NCBI GenBank assembly: GCA_025350815.1
Contig: JANXXE010000051.1
Coordinates: 37-64,036 of the forward strand
Reading direction: 5' to 3'
Source: Myxococcales bacterium
Lineage (GTDB): Bacteria; Myxococcota_A; Polyangia; Fen-1088
Length of the DNA: 64,000 bases
The notes beneath the pieces are model-generated. The model worked only from the letters and a program-made list of their open reading frames with translations. It did no database searches and had not been told where the DNA came from. Made by a program: the position numbers and the translations under genes. This document shows positions 1 to 8,931 of this stretch, piece by piece (position 1 is the stretch's first letter; every line of letters begins with the position of its first letter).

Positions 1-373
1 CCACCGGGTAGCGCGAGCCCACCGCCACGTCCGCCGTTTGTTCGGCGAAGGGCACCAGCAATTCTTTCGGCAACCCCCAGTCGAAAAATGCGCCGATCCG
101 GTTGCTGTCTGTCGCCGTCAGGTGCGTCACCTGGCCCAGTTCCAGTGCCGCCAGCTTGCGTGTCGCCAGCGGCCGGCCTTCCGAGTCGTTATAGATATAG
201 ACCGTCAGCTGGTCGCCCGTCTGCGCGTCGACTGGGATCTCGCTGCCCAACAACAGCACGACCGGTGCGCCGTCCCCGACGTTTTCGGGATCGACGGCCA
301 GAAACGCACCCGGCGGTCCGAAGCGGAGGATGGGCAGCGTGACCACCCGTCCGACAAGCTCGTGCGGCGTCAT
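1..373 (-). CDS. CvfB/YitL-family S1-like RNA-binding protein, N-terminal part (C-terminus lies beyond the left window edge)
   Basis: Own translation of the reverse strand from an ATG near 373: MTPHELVGRVVTLPILRFGPPGAFLAVDPENVGDGAPVVLLLGSEIPVDAQTGDQLTVYIYNDSEGRPLATRKLAALELGQVTHLTATDSNRIGAFFDWGLPKELLVPFAEQ. This is the tandem S1-like repeat pattern of the CvfB/YitL family. No stop is reached before position 1, which explains its absence from the ORF track. High GC3. Confidence 0.55.
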   Translation of the reverse strand, partial: MTPHELVGRVVTLPILRFGPPGAFLAVDPENVGDGAPVVLLLGSEIPVDAQTGDQLTVYIYNDSEGRPLATRKLAALELGQVTHLTATDSNRIGAFFDWGLPKELLVPFAEQTADVAVGSRYPV

Positions 374-529
374 GGCGACACATTCGCATGGATCAACGGG
401 GGATCGGCGGCGCTTCGAGACACGACGCCTGTCGGGAACCGCACCGCACGGCCGGTGTCTGACTGTGCAGCGAGGTGCCCATGTCCATCCGTCTTGCTGC
501 GCTGGCCGTGTTCGCGTCGCCGAGCCGCG

Positions 530-1006
530 CTAGTCGCCCTTGGGTGCTGTCGCCTTCTCGACCTTTTTCAGTTCGGCCAAATCAACAAGATCCTTTGGGC
601 GGCCAGAAGCGTGTTTGTTAATCAACAGCGCCTTGCGCCCAATGATCCGTACCGGAACGCCATCCAGATTTGCGGCCTCGCTCGAAAGAACGGCGGTCGC
701 AAAATCCACGCCAGAAATCGACGTCAGAAGATCAATTCGAAATGGCGGATGACCGAGTTGGACAACGTGCCCTGGGCTTGAAAACTGCTTTCGGAGATCC
801 CCAAGGTCCGCGAATCCGAACGCCGAAAGAACCCTCAGCAAGGCATCGGCATTGGCCGCTGTCGGCTCGACAAAGAAATCGATATCGCCTGTGAGCCGGG
901 GGTGCCCGTGAAAACCCACCGCGTGCCCACCCACCACCACATACTCAACCCCGTGCGAGTTCATCAACTCGATAAACTCGCGCCAGTCGGCCGGAATTTT
1001 CACCAT
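530..1006 (-). CDS. Pol-beta-superfamily nucleotidyltransferase-fold protein (MNT/AbiEii/MenT-like candidate toxin)
   Basis: 158-aa ORF with the hGG-x(n)-DhD nucleotidyltransferase signature (VVVGGHAVGFHGHPRLTGDIDFFV). Local GC is about 55% with many A/T-ending codons, against roughly 70% elsewhere. The start may instead be the internal Met of MNSHG (near 964). Confidence 0.6.
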   Translation of the reverse strand: MVKIPADWREFIELMNSHGVEYVVVGGHAVGFHGHPRLTGDIDFFVEPTAANADALLRVLSAFGFADLGDLRKQFSSPGHVVQLGHPPFRIDLLTSISGVDFATAVLSSEAANLDGVPVRIIGRKALLINKHASGRPKDLVDLAELKKVEKATAPKGD

Positions 1007-1136
1007 TGCTCCAAAAGCGAGTCGCCAGTTCGAGAACGATATCGAGGCGCTCCTGCGCGCCTAGCCCCGCATAGTAACGCGCGTCTGCGTTGTCCGCCTC
1101 TTCGAAACTCGAAAACGTCCGTAGCTGCCTCACCAT
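945..1136 (-). CDS. small hypothetical protein (63 aa) upstream of and overlapping the nucleotidyltransferase gene; candidate cognate antitoxin
   Basis: ORF track MVRQLRTFSSFEEADNADARYYAGLGAQERLDIVLELATRFW.... It shares the low-GC codon usage of the nucleotidyltransferase gene and overlaps its 5' end, as in a coupled pair. No family recognised. Confidence 0.3.
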   Translation of the reverse strand: MVRQLRTFSSFEEADNADARYYAGLGAQERLDIVLELATRFWSNGENSGRLARVYRVDELARG

Positions 1137-1235
1137 TTCCCCTCAATCATAACACGCCGCCATTGCCGTCCCGGTGACCTGCGCCCCGGCGTTGCTGTCG
1201 CGCAGCCGCCATCGACGAAGTAGGGTATCGCCCCA

Positions 1236-3593
1236 ATGTCGTCCCCTCTGTCGTTTTCAGTTTGGCTGCACGGGCAGCACCCGCAGATCCCCCTGCCTGG
1301 TGCCCAGGCCATCATTGCCCTGGCCGAGGGGGGCGCCACCGTGCCCTTCATTGCGCGCTACCGAAAGGAACAGACCGGCAACCTGGACGAGGTCGTGATT
1401 CGCAATGTGCTGGAAGCCAAGGAGCGCTGGGATGCGATTGGCAAGCGGCAAGCTTTCATCGTCGAGGAAATCACGCGGCAGGGAAAGTTGACGCCCGAGC
1501 TGGAGGCGCGCATTCGCACAACCTACGACGAGGCGGCGCTGGAAGATCTGTATTTGCCTTACAAGCAAAAGCGAAAGACCAAGGCGCAGGTCGCGCGCGA
1601 GGCGGGCCTGGAACCGCTGTGCGAATGGCTGTGGGCGTGCGCGCATGGCGAGGTCGATGCGGCCGGGGAGACGCCCGAGGCGCGGGCGGCTGGCTTCGTC
1701 GATGTGGATAAGGGCGTCGCCGACGTGGCGGCGGCGCTGGCGGGCGCGGGCGACATCGCGATCGAGCGTTTGTCCGAGTCGGCGGCCCTGCGCCAGCGCG
1801 TGCGGGAGTCGTTCTTCGAAAAAGGCTGCGCGCGCACGCGCAAGGCGGGCAAGGCCAAGACGCCCAGCCGGTTCGAGAATTATTTCGACCACCAGGAAAC
1901 GGTGCGCGAGTTGCTAAAGCCGCAAAGTTCGCACCGCTACCTGGCCATGCGTCGTGGCTGGATGGAAGAAGAGCTGACGCTGACGCTGGGTGGACGGCTG
2001 CCCGAGGACGCCGATGGCGCGAAGGATGATCCTTTGCTGGAGGATCTGGGCGCTGTGTTTGACGCCGCCGCGTGCACGGTTCCGTCGTTTGCGGGTGCGC
2101 CCTTTTTGAAACGCGCGGCGCGCCTGGCCCTGCGCGCGCACGTGGCGCCGTCGATTGAAAGTGAGGTCCACAAGGCATTGCGCGAAGTTGCCGATGCCGC
2201 CGCCATCGCCGTGTTCGCCGAAAATGTCCGCAAGTTGCTGCTGTCCGCGCCCTTCGGGCCGAAGGCCGTGCTGGGTGTGGATCCCGGGTTGCGCACGGGC
2301 TGCAAGCTGGCGGTGATCGAGTCGTCGGGAAAATATCTGGGCTCGGGGTTGATGCATCTCGAGACGCCCGCCGGCAAGGCATCGGCCGCGCCGGTGCTGG
2401 CGGATCTTGTGCAAAAGGGCGGCATCCGCGCCGTGGCTGTCGGCAACGGCACGGCCGGGCGCGAGACCGAGACCTTCGTGCGCGAATCCCTGCGCATCGC
2501 CAACCTGGATGTGCCTGTCGTCATGGTCAGCGAAGCGGGGGCCAGCGTCTACAGCGCCAGCGACACCGCCCGCGACGAATTCCCAGATCTGGACGTGACC
2601 ATCCGGGGCGCCATCTCGATCGCGCGCCGTCTGCAGGACCCCCTGGCCGAGCTGGTCAAGATCGATCCCAAGAGCATCGGCGTCGGGCAATACCAGCACG
2701 ATGTGTCGCCGGTGGCCCTGCAAAGAAGTCTGGATGACGTCGTCGATTCGTGTGTGAACCAGGTGGGTGTGAATCTGAACACCGCTTCGTATCACCTGCT
2801 GGCGCATGTGTCGGGCATCGGCCCCAGCCTGGCCCGCGGCATCGTCGAACACAGGTCGAAGATGGGGCTGTTCAAGTCACGCACGGAACTTCTGGATGTG
2901 CCGCGGTTTTCCAAGAAGGCCTTCGAGCAAGCGGCAGGCTTCCTGCGCATTCCCGAGGGCACCCACCCGCTGGACAACACCGGCGTGCATCCCGAACGCT
3001 ACCCCGCGTTGGAACGTCTGGCGGCGCGTCTGGGTGTGCCGGTGGCGGGATTGCTGGGGGCGGGCGTGAAAAGGGTGAAGGATTCGGCCGGGCACCAGGA
3101 CACCCTGAAGGACGAGCTGGGCGCGTTCACTTTCGATGACATCGTCAAGGAACTGGAGAAGCCAGGCCGCGATCCGCGCAGCGGTTTCGTTCCGTTTTCG
3201 TTCCGCGCCGACGTCCACAAGCTGGAGGATCTGCAGCCGGGAATGATGTGTCCCGGGATCGTCACCAACGTGACGAACTTCGGCGCGTTCGTCGACATTG
3301 GCGTCCACCAGGACGGCCTGGTGCACATCTCGCAACTGTCGGACAAGTTCGTCAAAGATCCGGCCGAGGTGGTCAGCGCGGGCGATCGCGTGACGGTACG
3401 GGTACTGGACGTGAAGCTTGACCGCAAACAGATAGCCCTGACCCTGAAGGCTGAACGGGGCGATGCGCCGCGGCCGCCTGCGCCGCAGCTGCGAAACACG
3501 CCCCGCGTGGATGGCCCCCGGCCCGCGGCGCCGCGCGCGCAAAGCCCGTTCAACAACCCCTTTGCGGCGCTGGCCAACAAGCCACGGCGTTGA
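1236..3593 (+). CDS. tex: transcription accessory protein Tex (YqgF/RuvC-like, HhH and S1 domains)
   Basis: 785 aa. N-terminal ATVPFIARYRKE motif and a C-terminal S1 domain (GMMCPGIVTNVTNFGAFVDIGVHQDGLVHISQLSD...RVLDVKLDRKQIALTLK). Confidence 0.93.
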   Translation: MSSPLSFSVWLHGQHPQIPLPGAQAIIALAEGGATVPFIARYRKEQTGNLDEVVIRNVLEAKERWDAIGKRQAFIVEEITRQGKLTPELEARIRTTYDEAALEDLYLPYKQKRKTKAQVAREAGLEPLCEWLWACAHGEVDAAGETPEARAAGFVDVDKGVADVAAALAGAGDIAIERLSESAALRQRVRESFFEKGCARTRKAGKAKTPSRFENYFDHQETVRELLKPQSSHRYLAMRRGWMEEELTLTLGGRLPEDADGAKDDPLLEDLGAVFDAAACTVPSFAGAPFLKRAARLALRAHVAPSIESEVHKALREVADAAAIAVFAENVRKLLLSAPFGPKAVLGVDPGLRTGCKLAVIESSGKYLGSGLMHLETPAGKASAAPVLADLVQKGGIRAVAVGNGTAGRETETFVRESLRIANLDVPVVMVSEAGASVYSASDTARDEFPDLDVTIRGAISIARRLQDPLAELVKIDPKSIGVGQYQHDVSPVALQRSLDDVVDSCVNQVGVNLNTASYHLLAHVSGIGPSLARGIVEHRSKMGLFKSRTELLDVPRFSKKAFEQAAGFLRIPEGTHPLDNTGVHPERYPALERLAARLGVPVAGLLGAGVKRVKDSAGHQDTLKDELGAFTFDDIVKELEKPGRDPRSGFVPFSFRADVHKLEDLQPGMMCPGIVTNVTNFGAFVDIGVHQDGLVHISQLSDKFVKDPAEVVSAGDRVTVRVLDVKLDRKQIALTLKAERGDAPRPPAPQLRNTPRVDGPRPAAPRAQSPFNNPFAALANKPRR

Positions 3594-3678
3594 ACCTTCA
3601 TGACCCGCCGCGTGGGGTCACCGAGGCTAGCCCCTCGTAACTTTGAGTTTTTTCTGAAAACTCCCGATATGTCCCGGC

Positions 3679-6051
3679 ATGGATGGGGCAGCCTGGATCC
3701 GCAGCGTCGAAGACTCGAACGCGCAGGCCGAAAAGCGCGCGCGCCTGGCCGAGCTTTCTGCGTTCATGAACCTGGCGCACAGCCTGGAAGATCTTCTGCC
3801 GACGGCGCAGGCCCGCATCACGGAGTTCTTCGGGGCCGAACGTTCGACGATGTACGCGATCGATCCCGCCACAGACCAGTTCTATTCGATTGCCAAGACC
3901 GGGGCCGACATCAAGGAAATCCGCGTCCCGCGCGACACCACCAGCATCACCGGCTTCGTGGGTGTTTCGAAAGCGCCGGTCAATCTTCGCAACGTCTATG
4001 ACGCAGCCGAGCTGACGCGCGTCAGTCCCAAGCTGCGCTTCGACGATCGCTGGGACAAGGTCTCGGGCTTCAAGACGCGTTCGATGATGACGGTGCCCAT
4101 CCTGCGCGACAAGACCCTTCTGGGCGTCATCCAGGTCATCAACCGTCGGGACGGGTTGCCGTTCATGCCGCGCGACGTGGCCAATGCCGAAGAAGTGGCG
4201 CGCATGCTGGGGGGCGCGATAGCGACGCTGAATGCGAGGGCGGCCGGACCGAAGGCCGCGTCCTTCCCCGCCGTTCCGGTGGTGGCGGTGCCCCCGGCGT
4301 CAACACCCGTGGCGGCGAAAACGCCTGCCCGCGCGGGCAAATGGGATCTGTTGGTCGAATCCGGGGTAATCCCGCCCGACGCCCTGGCCAGGGGGCTGGC
4401 CACGGCCGCCGCCAGCGCCCTCGATCCCGCGCGCTATCTCGTCGAAAAGATGGGCATTAACCGCGTCGACGTGGAAAAGGCCCTGTCGCAGTTTCACGGC
4501 TGCGAGTTCTTCCGCTTCACTGGCAAGGAAACAATTCCCGAGGAACTGCGCAGTCGACTGCGCGTCGACTTTCTGAAGAAGATTTGTGCCGCGCCCATCG
4601 AACGCCGGGGTGCGCAGTTGGTGGTGGTTATCGACGATCCCGCCGACATTGATCGGACGGATGCCCTGCGCTTGCTGGACAGCGATCGGTCGTTGCTGAT
4701 TCAGGTGGGCTTTCGCGACGAGATCCTGGCCTGCATCGAACATTCCTACGGTCTGCGCGGCGACGTCGGCCTGATTTTGAAGGAACTGTCCACCGACGAA
4801 GGCACGGGCGCCATCGAGGAAACCGTCGTCGATGACGAAGGGCGGGGCGGCGAATCGGACAGCGCAGTCATCAAGCTGGCCAATCAGGTCATCATCGACG
4901 CCTACCGACGGGGCGCGTCCGACATTCACATCGAGCCGAACGGCAAGGAAGAAAACACCACCATCAGATTCCGCATCGACGGCGAGTGCGTGGCCTACCA
5001 GGACATTCCCCCGGCCTACCGCAATCCCCTGGTCGCCCGTTTCAAGATCATGTCGAAGCTGGATATCTCCGAGCGGCGCAAACCTCAGGACGGGAAGATT
5101 CGCTTTCGCATGCAGGACCGCCAGATCGAACTGCGCGTTGCCACCTTGCCGACGGTGAACGGCAACGAGGACGTGGTGATGCGCATCCTGGCGGCATCGA
5201 AGCCGTTGCCGCTGGCCGAAATGGGCATGAGCGAACGCAATCTGCGTGGCCTCAAGGAGATCGTCGCCAAGCCCTATGGCCTGGTGCTGTGTGTGGGGCC
5301 CACGGGCTCAGGCAAGACGACGACGCTGCATTCGGCACTGGGGCACATCAACACCGTCGACATGAAGATCTGGACGGCCGAAGATCCCGTCGAGATTACG
5401 CAGCCTGGCCTGCGGCAGGTGCAGGTGCAGGCGAAGATCGGCTTCGATTTTGCGACGGCGATGCGCGCGTTTCTGCGCGCCGATCCCGACGTCATCATGG
5501 TCGGCGAAATGCGAGACAAGGAAACCGCCAGCACCGGTATCGAGGCGTCGTTGACCGGCCATCTGGTGCTGTCCACCCTGCACACCAACAGCGCGCCCGA
5601 GACCATCACGCGGCTTATCGACATGGATCTTGATCCCTTCAGTTTTGCCGATGCGTTGCTGGGCGTGCTGGCGCAGCGGCTGGCGCGCGGGATCTGCAAG
5701 AAGTGCCGGCAGGAATACGTCGCCGACAAGGACGAGGTCACGGCCATCATCGAGGCCTTCGGTCCCGAACAGGCCGAGGCGCGGGGTTACCGTCTGGGTG
5801 AGGTGAAGCTGTTCCGCGGTGCGGGCTGCGAGACCTGCGGCAAGTCCGGCTACAAGGGCCGCGTCGCCCTGCACGAATTGCTGCTGAACAACGACGAGAT
5901 CAAGCACGCCATCACGCACCGGGCGCCGGTCGAACAGATCCGGCAGTTGGCGATGAAAGGCGGCATGACCACGCTGTTGCAAGATGGCATCGAGAAGGCG
6001 ATGGCGGGGAAGACCGACCTCAAACAGGTATTGGCGGTGTGCTCGCGATGA
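3679..6051 (+). CDS. GAF domain + GspE/PilB N-terminal domain + type II/IV secretion-system ATPase (PilB/GspE/MshE family)
   Basis: 790 aa. N-terminal GAF-like region; central T2SSE_N-like region; C-terminal ATPase with Walker A GPTGSGKTT, Asp/His boxes and a tetracysteine motif (CKKC...CETC). Confidence 0.88.
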   Translation: MDGAAWIRSVEDSNAQAEKRARLAELSAFMNLAHSLEDLLPTAQARITEFFGAERSTMYAIDPATDQFYSIAKTGADIKEIRVPRDTTSITGFVGVSKAPVNLRNVYDAAELTRVSPKLRFDDRWDKVSGFKTRSMMTVPILRDKTLLGVIQVINRRDGLPFMPRDVANAEEVARMLGGAIATLNARAAGPKAASFPAVPVVAVPPASTPVAAKTPARAGKWDLLVESGVIPPDALARGLATAAASALDPARYLVEKMGINRVDVEKALSQFHGCEFFRFTGKETIPEELRSRLRVDFLKKICAAPIERRGAQLVVVIDDPADIDRTDALRLLDSDRSLLIQVGFRDEILACIEHSYGLRGDVGLILKELSTDEGTGAIEETVVDDEGRGGESDSAVIKLANQVIIDAYRRGASDIHIEPNGKEENTTIRFRIDGECVAYQDIPPAYRNPLVARFKIMSKLDISERRKPQDGKIRFRMQDRQIELRVATLPTVNGNEDVVMRILAASKPLPLAEMGMSERNLRGLKEIVAKPYGLVLCVGPTGSGKTTTLHSALGHINTVDMKIWTAEDPVEITQPGLRQVQVQAKIGFDFATAMRAFLRADPDVIMVGEMRDKETASTGIEASLTGHLVLSTLHTNSAPETITRLIDMDLDPFSFADALLGVLAQRLARGICKKCRQEYVADKDEVTAIIEAFGPEQAEARGYRLGEVKLFRGAGCETCGKSGYKGRVALHELLLNNDEIKHAITHRAPVEQIRQLAMKGGMTTLLQDGIEKAMAGKTDLKQVLAVCSR

Positions 6052-6086
6052 GAAAATGGCATGTCCCGCCACCTTCGGTAGGCTGA

Positions 6087-8867
6087 GTGCAGGGAATGGA
6101 AGATTTCCCCCGCCGATTCGGGCCGTATGTCCTGATGAAGCCCCTGGCGCACGGGGGCATGGGCGCCCTGTGTCTGGCCGTGCATGGCTCGCGCGGGATG
6201 GAGAAGTTGTGCGTCGTCAAGACGGCGCTGCCGCACCTGCACGGCAGCAGCTACCTGCAGCGCTTCCGCGATGAGGCCAAGATCGTCGTTCGCCTGTCGC
6301 ACGGCAACCTGGTCGCCGTCTTCGACGCGGGTCAAGTGGACGGCGAGATCTTTCTGGCCATGGATTTTGTTGAGGGCAAGGATCTGCGCGCGGTGTGGAA
6401 CCGATGTGCGCAAAAGGGCATTGCCTTTCCCGTCGACGTCGCCGTGCACATCGCAAAAGAATTGGCGCGCGGGCTGGCCTATGCGCATTCCTTCGAGGGG
6501 CTTTCGCTGGTGCACCGGGATGTGTCGCCGCCCAATGTGCTTCTGTCCTACACGGGTGAAACCAAGCTGACCGATTTCGGCCTGGCGTCATCGACCCTGA
6601 AGCTGGAAAAGACCGCGCCGGGGGTCATCTACGGCAAGGTCAGCTACATGGCGCCCGAGCAGGCGCGCGGCGATGCCCTGGACGCGCGTGCCGATCTGTA
6701 CGGCGCCGGAATCATCCTGTGGGAATTGCTGACCGGGCGGCAGTTGTTCCCGTCGGCGGCCTCGCGGGGCGGCCCGGCCAGGCCCGAAGGACCGCCAGTC
6801 GACGACGATTTGCTGGACCGGGTGCGCGAGCCACAGGTGGTGGCGCCATCCCAGCGCGCCGCCCGGGTGCCGGCCGAGCTCGATCGCATAGTCCTGCGGG
6901 CCCTGGCGACCGCGCCGGGTGATCGCTACCAGACCGGCGAAGAATTTCGTTCTGACCTCGCTGCCTTCCAGGCCAAGACGGCGCCCTCCACGGATGGTGA
7001 CCATGTCGCGCGCTTTCTGCGCGGGCTATTCGGCGACGTCATCGACAAAGAACGCGCCGAAAGAACAGCCCTAGTGGTGGCGTCCGCACCTCTGCTCGGC
7101 TCGTCGTTGCCGCGGCCGGCGGAACGTCCCGCAAACGTGCCGCCGCCGATGCCCGGGACCAGTGCGTCGTCTTCGTCGTCCTCGGAAATGTTGGGCCCCG
7201 GCGATTCTCGCGACAAGACCAAGGCCGAGGTGGTGCGCGACGAGCCATCGGAGATCGTGGGTAACGTTCTGGCCGGTCGATACAAGATCAAGCGGCTGTC
7301 CGGCGAGGGGGGCATGGGCCGTGTCTATGAGGCCGAACACATCGAGATCGGCAAGCGCGTTGCCGTCAAGGTTCTGCATCCCGCCTACTGCCGCATGCCC
7401 GAGGTCGTCGAACGCTTCAGGCGCGAGGCGCGGGCCGCCTCGAAGATTGGGCATCCCAACATCGTCAACGTGACCGACTCGGGCACGACCGACGACGGAT
7501 CGTTCTTCTTCGTGATGGAATACATCGAGGGCGTCGAGGTCGGCCTGGTCATCCACAGGGAGGGGCCTCTGCCCGTCATGCGCGCGTTGCACATCACGCA
7601 GCAGATGTGTTTGGCGCTGAAGGCGGCGCACGAGGCGGGCGTCATCCACCGCGACTTGAAGCCCGAGAACGTGCTGCTGGTCGCCGGCGAAAGTGAGAAG
7701 GACTTCGTCAAGGTGCTGGATTTCGGCATCGCCAAGAGCGCCGACGTCGAGGAGACGGCGAAGTCCGGGCGTCGTCTGACCCGTCCGGGGGTCGCGATGG
7801 GCACGCCGGAATACATGGCGCCCGAGCAAGCGGCGGGCAAACCGGCCGACCCGCGATCGGATATCTACGCGGTCGGTTCGATCCTGTACGAGATGCTGAC
7901 CAGCGTTCCCCCCTACGACGGGGACAACGTCATGGAGGTCTTGCACAAGAAGGCGAACGAAGCTCCGAGGCCCCTGCGCGAGTTGCGCCCCGACGTCCCG
8001 GAAGGTGTTGAGGAGTTGGTGATCCGCGCGATGGCCCGCTCGCCTGCGGATCGCCCGCAGTCGATGGCGGATCTGGCGCGCGACATTCAGGCCATGATGA
8101 CGACGCTTGACGATGGCCTTGGTCTGGTGCCGCCAGCGCCACCCCGCCGACAGACCGAGATCGTTGCTGCGCGCGTACCGCCCAGTTCCGGTCTAAGGGC
8201 GCTCGGGCTGTCGCGCCGAACCGTGGCCATCGCGGGTGCGCTGTTGATGAGCCTGGGCGTCGTGGTGATTATTCGTGGTGCCACCGCTTCCCGACCGGCG
8301 CCGCGGGTTGCGGGGGCGTCGAATGTCCCTGTCAAGCGGGCGGCGACGGCAGGTCCCAGGGCGGCCGCCCGCCCGGCCGCACCAATGGCTGTGACCGTGG
8401 TGCCCGCCCAGCCTAGCGAAGAGCCGGCCGCGGTGGAACCTGCGCCAGCGAGGCGGGTCGATTTGAAGGCGGGGCGGGGCAAGGCGTCAGCGGCGCGGGG
8501 GCTGTCGCCGGATGCCGCCAATCGATTGATCGCCACTGGCAACCAGCAACTGGCGCTTCGGCACTACGACGAGGCCGGCGCGACGTTCACGGGGCTTCTG
8601 GGCAGCAAGCGGGACCACGGCCGGGCGGCTCTGGGCCTGGCGCAGGTGGCGTTTCAACAAAAGCGTTACACCGAGATGGCCCGCCGGGCGAAGGAAGCGG
8701 TGGGGGCGGGCGAAGGCGTTCCGGCGCTGGTCTTGTTGGGCGACGCCCACTACAAGTTGAGGAACTACAAGGACGCCGTGAAGGTGTACGACGAGGCCCT
8801 GAGGCGCGCCCCGGGCAACGCGGGGGCCCAGAAGGGTTTGCAGGCGGCCAGGCGCGGCCTCGACTGA
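6087..8867 (+). CDS. tandem (two-kinase-domain) Ser/Thr protein kinase with TM segment and C-terminal TPR region
   Basis: 926 aa. Domain 1 has [15 protein letters not shown] (catalytic-loop Lys replaced), DFG and APE. Domain 2 is canonical ([14 protein letters not shown]). A hydrophobic segment [16 protein letters not shown] and TPR-like repeats lie at the C-terminus. Confidence 0.9.
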   Translation: MQGMEDFPRRFGPYVLMKPLAHGGMGALCLAVHGSRGMEKLCVVKTALPHLHGSSYLQRFRDEAKIVVRLSHGNLVAVFDAGQVDGEIFLAMDFVEGKDLRAVWNRCAQKGIAFPVDVAVHIAKELARGLAYAHSFEGLSLVHRDVSPPNVLLSYTGETKLTDFGLASSTLKLEKTAPGVIYGKVSYMAPEQARGDALDARADLYGAGIILWELLTGRQLFPSAASRGGPARPEGPPVDDDLLDRVREPQVVAPSQRAARVPAELDRIVLRALATAPGDRYQTGEEFRSDLAAFQAKTAPSTDGDHVARFLRGLFGDVIDKERAERTALVVASAPLLGSSLPRPAERPANVPPPMPGTSASSSSSSEMLGPGDSRDKTKAEVVRDEPSEIVGNVLAGRYKIKRLSGEGGMGRVYEAEHIEIGKRVAVKVLHPAYCRMPEVVERFRREARAASKIGHPNIVNVTDSGTTDDGSFFFVMEYIEGVEVGLVIHREGPLPVMRALHITQQMCLALKAAHEAGVIHRDLKPENVLLVAGESEKDFVKVLDFGIAKSADVEETAKSGRRLTRPGVAMGTPEYMAPEQAAGKPADPRSDIYAVGSILYEMLTSVPPYDGDNVMEVLHKKANEAPRPLRELRPDVPEGVEELVIRAMARSPADRPQSMADLARDIQAMMTTLDDGLGLVPPAPPRRQTEIVAARVPPSSGLRALGLSRRTVAIAGALLMSLGVVVIIRGATASRPAPRVAGASNVPVKRAATAGPRAAARPAAPMAVTVVPAQPSEEPAAVEPAPARRVDLKAGRGKASAARGLSPDAANRLIATGNQQLALRHYDEAGATFTGLLGSKRDHGRAALGLAQVAFQQKRYTEMARRAKEAVGAGEGVPALVLLGDAHYKLRNYKDAVKVYDEALRRAPGNAGAQKGLQAARRGLD

Positions 8868-8931
8868 AGCCGGCGCTCGCGGGGCAGGCACGCCGGGCCG
8901 TCCCGTTGTAAACTGCGTTGTTCGCGGCGCC

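Noticed and set aside
38-781. 247-aa plus-strand ORF at the left edge
   Set aside because: Low-complexity Arg/Gln-rich translation with no family resemblance. The opposite strand of 1-373 encodes a clean CvfB-like S1 protein, and 530-781 is covered by the minus-strand nucleotidyltransferase gene.
1257-3601. Multiple long ORFs antisense or out of frame within tex (for example 1471..2382-, 1914..2852-, 2877..3542-)
   Set aside because: Shadow ORFs typical of high-GC DNA. Their translations are Arg/Pro/Ala-rich with no motifs, while the plus-frame Tex call is unambiguous.
3594-3678. Possible tex terminator (GGGGTCACCGAGGCTAGCCCC followed by GAGTTTTTTCT)
   Set aside because: The stem is weak and imperfect and the T-run is about 14 nt from the stem, so I could not support a terminator call.
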